A DNA stretch of 64,000 nucleotides from Macrostomum hystrix (GCA_950097015.1 CATNEN010000039.1:5084001-5148000); one strand, 5' to 3'; counted from the first letter of the stretch, positions 11,530 to 25,000 are shown. Notes: generated from the letters alone by a model not told the origin. Made by a program: numbers and translations.

Positions 11530-13440
11530 GTATTTGGATATGGGGGAATCCCAGATTTTATATTGAGCATTTGGGAATAGGGTAATCCCAGATTCTAAAA
11601 TGTGTAATTGGGGATAGGGGAATCCTAGATTCTATAATGTGTATTTGGGGATAGGGGAATCCCAGATCCTATAATGTGTATTTGGAGATAGGGAATCCCA
11701 GATTTTATATTGAGCATTTGGGAATAGGGTAATCCCAGATTCTATAATGTGTATTTGGGGACAGGGTAATCCCAGATTCTATAATGTGTATTTGGGGATA
11801 GGGGAATCCTAGATTCTATAATGTGTATTTGGGGATAGGGTAATCCCAGATCCAATAATGTGTATTTGCAGATAGGGGAATCCCAGATTTTATATTGAGC
11901 ATTTGGGAATAGGGTAATCCCAGATTCTATAATGTGTATTTGGGGATAGGGTAATCCCAGATTCTATAATGTGTATTTGGGGATAGGGGAATCCCAGATT
12001 TTATATTGAGCATTTGGGAATAGGGTAATCTCAGATTCTATAATGTGTATTTGGGGATAGGGTAATCCCAGATTCTATAATGTGTATTTGGAGATAGGGG
12101 AATCCCAGATCCAATAATGTGTATTTGCAGATAGGGGAATCCCAGATTTTATATTGAGCATTTGGGAATAGGGTAATCCCAGATTCTATAATGTGTATTT
12201 GGGGATAGGGTAATCCCAGATTCTATAATGTGTATTTGGGGATAGGGGAATCCCAGATTCTATAATGTGTATTTGGGGATAGGGTAATCTCAGATTCTAT
12301 AATGTGTATTTGGGGATAGGGTAATCCCAGATTCTGTAATGTGTATTTGGGGATAGGGTAATCCCAGATTCTATAATGTGTATTTGGAGATAGGGTAATC
12401 CCAGATCCAATAATGTGTATTTGCAGATAGGGGAATCCCAGATTTTATATTGAGCATTTGGGAATAGGGTAATCCCAGATTCTATAATGTGTATTTGGGG
12501 ATAGGGTAATCCCAGATTCTATAATGTGTATTTGGGGATAGGGGAATCCCAGATTCTATAATGTGTATTTGGGGATAGGGTAATCTCAGATTCTATAATG
12601 TGTATTTGGGGATAGGGTAATCCCAGATTCTGTAATGTGTATTTGGGGATAGAGGAATCCTAGATTCTATAATGTGTATTTTGGGATAGGGGAATCCCAG
12701 ATCCAATAATGTGTATTTGCAGATAGGGGAATCCCAGATTTTATATTGAGCATTTGGGAATAGGGTAATCCCAGATTCTATAATGTGTATTTGGGGATAG
12801 GGTAATCCCAGATTCTATAATGTGTATTTGGGGATAGGGGAATCCCAGATTTTATATTGAGCATTTGGGAATAGGGTAATCTCAGATTCTATAATGTGTA
12901 TTTGGGGATAGGGTAATCCCAGATTCTATAATGTGTATTTGGAGATAGGGGAATCCCAGATTTTATATTGAGCATTTGGGAATAGGGTAATCTCAGATTC
13001 TATAATGTGTATTTGGGGATAGGGTAATCCCAGATTCTATAATGTGTATTTGGGGATAGGGAAATCCCAGATTCTATAATGTGTATTTGGGGATAGGGTA
13101 ATCCCAGATTCTATAATGTGTATTTGGGGACAGGGTAATCCCAGATTCTAAAATGTGTAATTGGGGATAGGGGAATCCTAGATTCTATAAGTGTATTTGG
13201 GGATAGGGGAATCCCAGATACTAAAATGTGTAATTGGGGATAGGGGAATCCTAGATTCTATAATGTGTATTTGGGGATAGGGGAATCCTAGATTCTATAA
13301 TGTGTATTTGGGGACAGGGTAATCCCAGATTCTAAAATGTGTAATTGGGGATAGGGGAATCCTAGATTCTATAATGAGCATCTGGGGATAGGGGAATCCC
13401 AGATTCTATAATGAGCATTCGGGGATAGCGGAATCCAGGA
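11530..13440. repeat. 37-bp minisatellite (GTGTATTTGGGGATAGGGDAATCCCAGATTCTATAAT) x~51
   Basis: Tandem periodicity with recurring variant units. Confidence 0.97.
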
Positions 13441-13563
13441 TTCAGGATTCCCATTTCTGTTAAAGATTTAAAGATAAGCGATTACACGACCGTCCGAGAT
13501 TCGGATTAAGAATCGAGGCAGGGGATAACGCAAAAATGGTAAACTCAGCTCGGCAGAGGGCAT

Positions 13564-16500
13564 TTAATCGTCCGAAGAAGAGTCGCTGATAACGCAAACC
13601 TCGTCCGGCTCAGCCGCGCCAATTTCGCCTCCGTCATGGTCACCGCCGTTGCCATCGGCGTCGCCTTCGTCGCGACGGCTTTCAGCGTTTGCCCCGCCCT
13701 GCTCCAGTTCGTAGAACTGCTGGCCGATGGCCTCGCAAGAGTAGCGCACGTGCTCATTCAGGGCCAGCAGTGATTCGAACAGCAGGCAGCACTCCGGGCA
13801 CTCGAAGGCCCGACCTGGCCAGCTGGCGGCCACCCCGGCACTGCCGGCCACAGCCTCGCAGCACAGCCGGTAGTGGCCGAGCATGCCTTCTCGATCGGCT
13901 ACGCGGAGTCGGCAACGGCAGAACTGGCACTCGAAGGTGTAGCCAAGTCCGCTGACAGCTTCGCTGTCAATCACCGAGTCGTCGTTGATGTCCTGATCGC
14001 CGTTAGTGACATTGAACAGCTCGGATTCGTCTTCTACAATATGGTTGAGGCGCAGGCTATTGCTACTGTTGCCTTGGTGATGATTGACAACCGGCGGAGT
14101 AAGGGTGACAATGCGAGTGCCGGATGCCGTCACTGTTGAAGCGTGGGCCAGAGAGGCAGATTGGCTGATCAAAGGCAGCGCCGGTCGAGAGGGCTGCAGT
14201 ACAGGCAGCGGCTGCGTTGATGGCTGAAGAACTGCCAGCAAAGGTGAAGTCAGCAGGGCGGACGGAGGCGGCGGAGGCGGCGGCTGCGGTCGGGAACGCT
14301 TTCGTTTGTTGGTCGACGCCGGGAAAGCTTAAAAATTCATTAAAAAGAAATTAAAAAACTTTATTCATTATTAGCTGAGCTGATATGGGATTATTAGTAG
14401 CTGAGCTGATATGGGATTATTATTAGCTGAGCTGATATGGGATTATTATTAGCTGAGCTGATATGGGATTATTAGTAGCTGAGCTGATATGGGATTATTA
14501 TTAGCTGAGCTGATATGGGATTATTAGTAGCTGAGCTGATATGGGATTATTAGTAGCTGAGCTGATATGGGATTATTAGTAGCTGAGCTGATATGGGATT
14601 ATTATATTAGCTGAGCTGATATGGGATTATTAGTAGCTGAGCTGATATGGGATTATTAGTAGCTGAGCTGATATGGGATTATTAGTAGCTGAGCTGATAT
14701 GGGATTATTATTAGCTGAGCTGATATGGGATTATTAGTAGCTGAGCTGATATGGGATTATTAGTAGCTGAGCTGATATGGGATTATTATTAGCTGAGCTG
14801 ATAGGGGATTATTATTAGCTGAGCTGATATGGGATTATTATTAGCTGAGCTGATATGGGATTATTAGTAGCTGAGCTGATATGGGATTATTAGTAGCTGA
14901 GCTGATATGGGATTATTAGTAGCTGAGCTGATATGGGATTATTATTAGCTGAGCTGATATGGGATTATTAGTAGCTGAGCTGATATGGGATTATTAGTAG
15001 CTGAGCTGATATGGGATTATTAGTAGCTGAGCTGATATGGGATTATTAGTAGCTGAGCTGATATGGGATTATTAGTAGCTGAGCTGATATGGGATTATTA
15101 GTAGCTGAGCTGATATGGGATTATTAGTAGCTGAGCTGATATGGGATTATTATATTAGCTGAGCTGATATGGGATTATTAGTAGCTGAGCTGATATGGGA
15201 TTATTAGTAGCTGAGCTGATATGGGATTATTAGTAGCTGAGCTGATATGGGATTATTATTAGCTGAGCTGATATGGGATTATTAGTAGCTGAGCTGATAT
15301 GGGATTATTAGTAGCTGAGCTGATAGGGGATTATTATTAGCTGAGCTGATATGGGATTGTTAGTAGCTGAGCTGATATGGGATTATTAGTAGCTGAGCTG
15401 ATATGGGATTATTAGTAGCTGAGCTGATATGGGATTATTAGTAGCTGAGCTGATATGGGATTATTAGTAGCTGAGCTGATATGGGATTATTAGTAGCTGA
15501 GCTGATATGGGATTATTATTAGCTGAGCTGATATGGGATTATTAGTAGCTGAGCTGATATGAGATTATTAGTAGCTGAGCTGATATGGGATTATTAGTAG
15601 CTGAGCTGATATGGGATTATTATTAGCTGAGCTGATATGGGATTATTAGTAGCTGAGCTGATATGGGATTATTATTAGCTAAGCTGATATGGGATTATTA
15701 GTAGCTGAGCTGATATGGGATTATTATTAGCTAAGCTGATATGGGATTATTAGTAGCTGAGCTGATATGGGATTATTATTAGCTGAGCTTATATGGGATT
15801 ATTAGTAGCTGAGCTGATATGGGATTATTATTAGCTAAGCTGATATGGGATTATTAGTAGCTGAGCTGATATGGGATTATTAGTAGCTGAGCTGATATGG
15901 GATTATTATTAGCTGAGCTGATATGGGATTATTAGTAGCTGAGCTGATATGGGATTATTAGTAGCTGAGCTGATAGGGGATTATTATTAGCTGAGCTGAT
16001 ATGGGATTATTATTAGCTGAGCTGATATGGGATTATTATTAGCTGAGCTGATATGGGATTATTATTAGCTGAGCTGATATGGGATTATTAGTAGCTGAGC
16101 TGATATGGGATTATTACTAGCTGAGCTGATATGGGATTATTAGTAGCTGAGCTGATATGGGATTATTAGTAGCTGAGCTGATATGGGATTATTATTAGCT
16201 GAGCTGATAGGGGATTATTATTAGCTGAGCTGATAGGGGATTATTAGTAGCTGAGCTGATATGGGATTATTAGTAGCTGAGCTGATATGGGATTATTAGT
16301 AGCTGAGCTGATATGGGATTATTATTAGCTGAGCTGAGATGGGATTATTAGTAGCTGAGCTGATATGGGATTATTATTAGCTGAGCTGAGATGGGATTAT
16401 TAGTAGCTGAGCTGATATGGGATTATTAGTAGCTGAGCTGATATGGGATTATTAGTAGCTGAGCTGATATGGGATTATTAGAGGAACAAAGAGGAATTTC

Positions 16501-18216
16501 GAAAGGCATTCCTATTTTTCTAGTCTGAAGCCAAAGAAAATGCTTACAAAATCGCGGCCGCAGACCGCTGGGAAATGCATTAACTGTCGCATCAGATGAT
16601 GAAGTAGACAATGCTGATGATACTGAAGCTGACGGTGCGAAGCTGCCATTGAATTGGACGGTTCGACAGGCGGCCGCAGCGGACAGCTGGGAGCCGCCGT
16701 TCAGAAGCAAGCAGCAGCCAGCAAAGTGCACTGCAGATCGGCGCCCGTCGGATCCGCGAGTCGCCTCGGAGGCGGCTGAATTGAATCGGCTGGCAGCCAG
16801 GTAGGTGCTGACGGTGTCAGAGAGGCGTCGGCGCAGCTCGTCGGTACTGTCGCCATCGAGGTCAACTGAGCGATGAAGGAGAGTGCATTGTAGAGTAATT
16901 AGAATTCGGGACAGATCAACAGCCATTGTCACAGCCGCAACACCCACTACCATACAAAAAACGGTTTTTTATGCGGCTGAGATTCGAACTCCCGACCTCC
17001 CGTTTAGAAGTCCGAAGCTCTTCTAACTACGGTAAGATGGGAAGATGAGGATTCTGGGTGAGTAATGGGAAGATAAGGATTCTGGGTGAGGAAGGGGAAG
17101 AAGAGGATTCTGGGTAAGGAAGGGAGAAAATGAGGATTCTGGATGAGGATTTTGGGTGAGAAATGGGAAGATGAGGATTCTGGGTGAGGAAGCGTAAGAT
17201 GAGGATTCTGGGTGAGAAATGGGAAGATGAAGATACTGGATGAGATGGGGGAGATGAGGAATTTAATTTGACGGGAAAACTAACTGGAAAGCACGCACGA
17301 GTTTCGTGTGAACCTGGAGCGCCGCACACAGCAGTGGCCGAATCAGTAGCGGCATTCGCAGGTCGCGATAGCGCCGCCTGCAGTTGGTCCAACGGCTGAC
17401 CGTGCAGCAGGCCGGCAAGGCGACGCGCCCGCTTGCCGCAGGCGTTCAGGCAGCTGACGCGGTCCTGCGCCGTGAGGGCGAAAACCGCATTCTCTGAGTC
17501 CGACGCGTTCGACTAAAAACAAGAATTTTTAATGAGTAAATATTGAACACGACGAAACGATGAGAACCTCATGTCTGTGGGGTGAGAGCCTCATGTCTGT
17601 GGGATGATAACCTCATGTCTGTGGGATGATAACCTCATGTTTGTGGGATGAGAGCCTCATGTCTGTGGGGTGATAACCTCATGTCTGTGGGATGATAACC
17701 TCATGTCTGTGGGATGAGAATCCCAAGTTTACGACATAAGAGCAATACAGCGGCCAGTTCTCACAGCAGCAATGAGACGGTCCGAGTCGCAGTCAGTGGC
17801 CATCATTGAGCACAGCAGCTCTAGGCGCCTCTGCCTGTCATAGTTGGAGTGTGTGGTTTCCAGGCGGTATTCAGTGTCGCAGGAGGCGTCCTGACAGCGG
17901 ATGATGGCCAGTTCCCAGCCGCAGATGGTCTTCACAATGGTTGCCTGTTAGTATAGGTTCATGTAGGCTGGTGTTAAAGATGGTTGCTAGGGAGACTACG
18001 CGGTCTCAAAGTCTCAATAAAGAGTTACATAAATCCACTTGCCACACTCTGCAGCACCCGAAGCGCCAAGGATTCAACATCTGCCGACAGGCTGCCAAGT
18101 CGACTGCCGTCAGAGAAATAGATGGCCTTTTGAATAAGGGCGGATGTGTCCTGGCTGAGATAGAACAACTCGTTGCTGTGCCACGGCGACCTCGGCTCTG
18201 ACTGCGGCTGGATCAT
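13564..18216 (-). CDS. Uncharacterised protein with two C-terminal C2H2/C2HC-like zinc fingers
   Basis: Exons 18216-18043 (GC donor), 17944-17765, 17512-17299, 16865-16548 and 14327-13564 join in frame (phases 0,0,1,1). Motifs FECQFCRC..GHYRLC and FECPECCLLFESLLALNEHVRYSC; NLS-like KRKRSR. The start codon is tentative; a further 5' exon near 21.2 kb is possible. Confidence 0.7.
14368..16480. repeat. 26-bp minisatellite (TAGCTGAGCTGATATGGGATTATTAK) x~81
   Basis: Highly homogeneous array filling almost a whole intron. Confidence 0.97.
17036..17260. repeat. ~27-bp degenerate minisatellite (GGGAAGATGAGGATTCTGGGTGAG..)
   Basis: Tandem repeats in an intron. Confidence 0.85.
17560..17720. repeat. 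22-bp minisatellite (CCTCATGTCTGTGGGATGATAA) x~7
   Basis: Tandem repeats in an intron. Confidence 0.9.
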
Positions 18217-18252
18217 GCGGGCTGAAGCGGAAAGATAAGGCCCGTGGGGTGT

Positions 18253-18445
18253 GTCTGTTGCAACTGCTGCTTTTATGGTAGGCTGGGTCTGTTGCAACTG
18301 CTGCTTCTATGGTAGGCTGGGTCTGTTGCAACTGCTGCTTCTATGGTAGGCTGGGTCTGTTGCAACTGCTGCTTCTATGGTAGGCTGGGTCTGTTGCAAC
18401 TGCTGCTTCTATGGTAGGCTGGGTCTGTTGCAACTGCTGCTTCAT
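18253..18445. repeat. 34-bp minisatellite x~5.7
   Basis: Unit GTCTGTTGCAACTGCTGCTTCTATGGTAGGCTGG. Confidence 0.92.
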
Positions 18446-18454
18446 ATGAGCATG

Positions 18455-21100
18455 GAGACAGGGGAGAGTTGAGGCAGGGGAGAGGTGAGGCAGGGGAGAG
18501 TTGAGGCAGGGGAGAGGTGAGGCAGGGGAGATTTGAGGCAGGGGAGAGTTGAGGCAGGGGAGAGGTGAGGCAGGGGAGAGGTGAGGCAGGGGAGAGTTGA
18601 GGCTGGGGAGAGGTGAGGCAGGGGAGATTTGAGGCAGGGGAGAGTTGAGGCTGGGGAGAGGTGAGGCAGGGGAGATTTGAGGCAGGGGAGAGTTGAGGCT
18701 GGGGAGATTTGAGGCAGGGGAGAGGTGAGGCAGGGGAGATTTGAGGCAGGGGAGAGGTGAGGCAGGGGAGATTTGAGGCAGGGGAGAGTTGAGGCTGGGG
18801 AGATTTGAGGCAGGGGAGAGGTGAGGCAGGGGAGATTTGAGGCAGGGGAGATTTGAGGCAGGGGAGAGGTGAGGCAGGGGAGAGGTGAGGCAGGGGAGAT
18901 TTGAGGCAGGGGAGAGTTGAGGCTGGGGAGAGGTGAGGCAGGGGAGATTTGAGGCAGGGGAGAGTTGAGGCTGAGGAGAGGTGAGGCAGGGGAGAGGTGA
19001 GGCAGGGGAGATTTGAGGCAGGGGAGATTTGAGGCAGGGGAGAGGTGAGGCAGGGGAGAGTTGAGGCTGGGGAGAGGTGAGGCAGGGGAGATTTGAGGCA
19101 GGGGAGAGTTGAGGCAGGGGAGAGGTGAGGCAGGGGAGATTTGAGGCAGGGGAGATTTGAGGCAGGGGAGAGTTGAGGCAGGGGAGATTTGAGGCTGGGG
19201 AGAGGTGAGGCAGGGGAGAGGTGAGGCAGGGGAGAGGTGAGGCAGGGGAGATTTGAGGCTGGGGAGAGGTGAGGCAGGGGAGAGGTGAGGCAGGGGAGAT
19301 TTGAGGCAGGGGAGAGATGAGGCAGGGGAGAGTTGAGGCAGGGGAGATTTGAGGCAGGGGAGATTTGAGGCAGGGGAGAGGTGAGGCAGGGGAGATTTGA
19401 GGCAGGGGAGAGGTGAGGCAGGGGAGATTTGAGGCAGGGGAGAGTTGAGGCAGGGGAGATTTGAGGCAGGGGAGATTTGAGGCAGGGGAGAGGTGAGGCA
19501 GGGGAGAGGTGAGGCAGGGGAGATTTGAGGCAGGGGAGAGGTGAGGCAGAGGAGAGATGAGGCAGGGGAGAGTTGAGGCAGGGGAGATTTGAGGCAGGGG
19601 AGAGGTGAGGCAGGGGAGATTTGAGGCAGGGGAGAGGTGAGGCAGGGGAGAGGTGAGGCAGGGGAGATTTGAGGCAGGGGAGAGGTGAGGCAGGGGAGAG
19701 GTGAGGCAGGGGAGAGGTGAGGCAGGGGAGAGGTGAGGCAGGGGAGAGTTGAGGCTGGGGAGAGGTGAGGCAGGGGAGATTTGAGGCAGGGGAGAGTTGA
19801 GGCTGGGGAGAGGTGAGGCAGGGGAGATTTGAGGCAGGGGAGAGTTGAGGCTGGGGAGATTTGAGGCAGGGGAGAGGTGAGGCAGGGGAGATTTGAGGCA
19901 GGGGAGAGGTGAGGCAGGGGAGATTTGAGGCAGGGGAGAGTTGAGGCTGGGGAGATTTGAGGCAGGGGAGAGGTGAGGCAGGGGAGATTTGAGGCAGGGG
20001 AGATTTGAGGCAGGGGAGAGGTGAGGCAGGGGAGAGGTGAGGCAGGGGAGATTTGAGGCAGGGGAGAGTTGAGGCTGGGGAGAGGTGAGGCAGGGGAGAT
20101 TTGAGGCAGGGGAGAGTTGAGGCTGAGGAGAGGTGAGGCAGGGGAGAGGTGAGGCAGGGGAGATTTGAGGCAGGGGAGATTTGAGGCAGGGGAGAGGTGA
20201 GGCAGGGGAGAGTTGAGGCTGGGGAGAGGTGAGGCAGGGGAGATTTGAGGCAGGGGAGAGTTGAGGCAGGGGAGAGGTGAGGCAGGGGAGATTTGAGGCA
20301 GGGGAGATTTGAGGCAGGGGAGAGTTGAGGCAGGGGAGATTTGAGGCTGGGGAGAGGTGAGGCAGGGGAGAGGTGAGGCAGGGGAGAGGTGAGGCAGGGG
20401 AGATTTGAGGCTGGGGAGAGGTGAGGCAGGGGAGAGGTGAGGCAGGGGAGATTTGAGGCAGGGGAGAGATGAGGCAGGGGAGAGTTGAGGCAGGGGAGAT
20501 TTGAGGCAGGGGAGATTTGAGGCAGGGGAGAGGTGAGGCAGGGGAGATTTGAGGCAGGGGAGAGGTGAGGCAGGGGAGATTTGAGGCAGGGGAGAGTTGA
20601 GGCAGGGGAGATTTGAGGCAGGGGAGATTTGAGGCAGGGGAGAGGTGAGGCAGGGGAGAGGTGAGGCAGGGGAGATTTGAGGCAGGGGAGAGGTGAGGCA
20701 GAGGAGAGATGAGGCAGGGGAGAGTTGAGGCAGGGGAGATTTGAGGCAGGGGAGAGGTGAGGCAGGGGAGATTTGAGGCAGGGGAGAGGTGAGGCAGGGG
20801 AGAGGTGAGGCAGGGGAGATTTGAGGCAGGGGAGAGGTGAGGCAGGGGAGAGGTGAGGCAGGGGAGAGGTGAGGCAGGGGAGAGATGAGGCAGGGGAGAG
20901 TTGAGGCAGGGGAGATTTGAGGCAGGGGAGAGGTGAGGCAGGGGAGAGTTGAGGCAGGGGAGAGGTGAGGCAGGGGAGAGGTGAGGCAGGGGAGAGTTGA
21001 GGCAGGGGAGAGGTGAGGCAGGGGAGAGGTGAGGCAGGGGAGAGGTGAGGCAGGGGAGAGGTGAGGCAGGGGAGAGTTGAGGCAGGGGAGAGACTAGGCA
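18455..21100. repeat. 16-bp G-rich satellite (GAGGCAGGGGAGAKKT) x~165 with a 1152-bp higher-order duplication
   Basis: Rare variants CTGAGG (18971/20123) and GCAGA (19546/20698) recur exactly 1152 bp apart. Confidence 0.97.
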
Positions 21101-21779
21101 GGGTCCAGCAGGCGTTGAAAGTCACAGGGGACCAGCATTTGGGACTTTAAAGTGCGGCACCTGGCCCGCGGGCCGCAGGTTGTCGATCAGTGAGTTGAGT
21201 GGACTCGGCGGCATCAGATGGTACAACTGGCATTAGATAAGGTTAGAAAAAGGACGAGTAAGCAAGAAAAAAAAAGTACAAATGCAAAAATTAGACTATA
21301 TTTATGAGTCCACACTCTAGCACTGGGCTAATAATAAAATAACATGACAATGTCAACTCGAGCCGCGCTATCAGAAGTCACAAAGTTGACAAAATAGCAT
21401 GAAATCGTGACGCCGGGCACGTAGACGAACATGTACACCTGATATCATGCTCATATGAAACATTCATGCTAGATGTGCAAGAATTTAATCCGAATACTAC
21501 TTTACTAGAAAAAAGTAGTGTGCCGAAATGCAGTTTTTTGTCTTTAGTTTAACATTTTCATTCAAATCCTGGCTAGCAGAGAAGCAGTTTATAACAGAAA
21601 TACCGCTATTTTTAAAGATGTATGTAAGATGTAAAGATGTAAAGATTAAAGATGTATTAAAGATGTAAAGATCAAAACTAATGTAGAATTGAAAGTTGCA
21701 AAATATTCTAAAGCACCTGCGGGCACTGCAACTGCATGTATAGCTCTAATATGAATGAATTATTCTAAGGGGATTATGG

Positions 21780-21982
21780 GATGTGTGGTTGCCATGGTGA
21801 TCGACTAGGGCATGGGTTGTTTACCATGTTGATCGATTAGGGGATGGGGTGGTTGCCAAGATGATAGATTAGGGGATGGGGTGGTTGCCATTGTGATAGA
21901 TTAGGGCATGGAGTGGTTGCCATGGTGATCGATAAGGGCATTGGGTGGTTGCCATGGTGATCGATTAGTGGATGGGTGGTTA
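21780..21982. repeat. ~31-bp degenerate minisatellite (GGGTGGTTGCCATGGTGATCGATTAGGG..)
   Basis: Tandem repeats just 3' of the DIS3L2-like B stop. Confidence 0.85.
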
Positions 21983-22027
21983 CTAAATTGTGAAGAAAGG
22001 ACTTAAGAAGTACGCCAAAGTGCAAAC

Positions 22028-25000
22028 TCAGTTTTTAATGTCAGTCTGCTGCGATGCCTTCGCGGCAGCGGAGGTCGCCGAAGATGCGGCTGCAGCGGCC
22101 GCCTTCTTAGCCTCCTTCGCCGCCTTCTTAGCCTCGCTCATGGCCCGCCTGGCCTCGATAGCTGCCTGCTTGGCCTGCTGTGCGGCATCCTTGATCTCCT
22201 TGACTGACTCAGCGGTGACCGTTGGCTGTTCGACGGTTCTTGATGCTGAAGTAGCGGTGGCAGCAGCAGCAGCAGGATCAGCGGAACTGAGCTCGCTGAA
22301 GTCACTCGCCTCTCTAATCAGCTCACGGCCCTTTTAAGTGAATGAAAAATGCCGATTTAGAAATTTCAACTAGGGACATCAAAAAGGGTGTTAGATACAG
22401 CCTGAGATGAACTGGGGGTGTTAGATACAGCCTGAGATGAACAGGGAGGGTGTTAGATACAGCCTGAGATGAACAGGGAGGGTGTTAGATACAGCCTGAG
22501 ATGAACAGGGAGGGTGTTAGATACAGCCTGAGATGAACAGGGAGGGTGTTAGATACAGCCTGAGATGAACAGGGAGGGTGTTAGATACAGCCTGAGATGA
22601 ACAGGGAGGGTGTTAGATACAGCCTGAGATGAACAGGGAGGGTGTTAGATACAGCCTGAGATGAACAGGGAGGGTGTTAGATACAGCCTGAGATGAACAG
22701 GGAGGGTGTTAGATACAGCCTGAGATGAACAGGGAGGGTGTTAGATACAGCCTGAGATGAACAGGGAGGGTGTTAGATACAGCCTGAGATGAACAGGGAG
22801 GGTGTTAGATACAGCCTGAGATGAACAGGGAGGGTGTTAGATACAGCCTGAGATGAACAGGGAGGGTGTTAGATACAGCCCAAGAGGGTGTTAAAATAAT
22901 GCCAACGAAGCTATAAAGTGGATCAGAAACTGACCTCGCAGTTGCTTTTGACAGCTTCAGTTTCAGCGCACTCATCATCGTCGTCGGATTCGGCAACTGT
23001 GGTTGAGGGCGCAGTACCGATGGTGTCACCGTGGCTGTTGCACTTCGGACAGTCTGGCCGGCGAAGCCGAAGGACGACCTGCAGCAGGTTGTCCTCGCTG
23101 GCCTCCAAGTACACGGGCAGAGCTGAGCGAAAATTCAGCGTGCTAACAATGCGATGCGGACAGCTGTCGGTGGCGGGGAAGTGCAGGCTGCACACGCCAT
23201 GCTTCGATTGCACTTTAAGGCCTGGGAAAGCTTGCTGGGCTCGCTGGAAGTCTAACCTGGTGGTCAGCAGAAGCTGCGGCACCATCAGCTGCGGGCAGGC
23301 GAATGTGTTTGCGGCAGAGTGAGACTGGGTGAGAGTAGATTGAGACTGGGTGAGTTAGTGGATTAATACTGGGTGAGTTAGCAGACTGAGACTGGGTGAG
23401 AGTAGAGTGAGACTGGGTGAGAGTAGACTGAGACTTGGTGAGAGTAGAGTGAGACCGGGTGAGAGTACAGTGAGACCGGGTGAGAGTACAGTGAGACCGG
23501 GTGAGAGTACAGTGATAGTGGGTGAGTGTACAGTGAGAGTGGGTGAGAGTACAGTGAGAGTGGATGAGAGTACAGTGAGAGTGGATGAGAGTGGGTGAGA
23601 GTACAGTGAGAGTACAGTGAGACCGGGTGAGAGTACAGTGAGACCGGGTGAGAGTACAGTGATAGTGGGTGAGTGTACAGTGAGAGTGCAGTGAGAGTGG
23701 GTGAGAGTACAGTGAGACTGGGTGAGAGTACAGTGAGAGTGGGTGAGAGTACAGTGAGAGTGGGTGAGAGTAAGTGAGAGTAGAGTGAGACCGGGTGAGA
23801 GTGCAGTGAGAGTGGGTGAGAGTACAGTGAGAGTGGGTGAGAAGCTAGGTGCAGAGGAGAGCAGCGGGCAGAGCATAGTTAGATATGGAGAGCGGAGCGG
23901 CACTAAAAATTACATCCATGCCCTGACGGCCCATGGACTTGACGTAGGCGGTGCCCTCGTTTGGCCCAGTGGAGCGCAGGAAGGCGGCGTAGAACATCTG
24001 GACGCTGCGTTCGGAGGCCCGCTTGGCACTGATTCGCCACCGATTGCACCACATGGCCTGCGCCTCGACCTGATCGGCCCGCTGCTGCTGCTGCTGCTGT
24101 GAAATCGCAGCCGCCAGCTGCCGATGTACCAACAGATCTGCGTACCTCCTGATTGGCGAAGTGAAGTGCGTGTAGACTGGGAACTGCAGGGCGAAGTGTC
24201 GCCAAGAATCCGGCTCCGGGTGGTAGCCGATGCAGATGTACTCGGCCAAAGACATCTGCATGACGGCCAGGGTGGCCGCGAAGCTGCGAAAATGCACGTC
24301 GTCGGACTGCTCAGCGAGGAAGTTGTTCAGCCGCAGCATCGTCTCGGTGGCGGATGCGGCCGGCTTCTTGGCTGAGCTGCCTGCGGCTGGACAGTCGGGA
24401 GGGAAGCTGGATGGGCTAGTCTGTCAGGTGCTGGATGGGCTAGTCTATCAGGTGCTGGATGGGATAGTTTGTCAGGTGCTGGATGGGATAGTTTGTCAGG
24501 TGCTGGATGGGATAGTTTGTCAGGTGCTGGATGGGCTAGTCTATCAGGTGCTGGATGGGATAGTTTGTCAGGTGCTGGATGGGCTAGTCTATCAGGTGCT
24601 GGATGGGATAGTTTGTCAGGTGCTGGATGGGCTAGTCTATCAGGTGCTGGATGGGATAGTTTGTCAGGTGCTGGATGGGATAGTCTGTCAGGTGCTGGAT
24701 GGGCTAGTCTGTCAGGTGCTGGATGGGATAGTCTGTCAGGTGCTGGATGGGCTAGTCTGTCAGGTGCTGGATGGGATAGTCTGTCAGGTGCTGGATGGGC
24801 TAGCCTGTCAGGTGCTGGATGGGATAGTCTGTCAGGTGCTGGATGGGATAGTCTGTCAGGTGCTGGATGGGATAGTCTGTCAGGTGCTGGATGGGCTAGC
24901 CTGTCAGGTGCTGGATGGGATAGTCTGTCAAGTGATGGATGGGAGACTGTCAGGTGTTGGAATTGGGACAGCACTCACACTGTACAATAAACTTTGACAC

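Noticed and set aside
9917-16480. CRISPR-like appearance of the 22-, 37- and 26-bp arrays
   Set aside because: Units are head-to-tail with no unique spacers, there are no cas genes, and the context is eukaryotic.
16970-17032. tRNA-like sequence on the minus strand (also the heads at 26719, 51900, 58050, 62423)
   Set aside because: A/B boxes without a complete cloverleaf; best explained as SINE heads.
18375-21125. 916-aa Pro/Ser/Leu-rich ORF
   Set aside because: Translation of a 16-bp satellite that lacks stops on that strand; no coding features.
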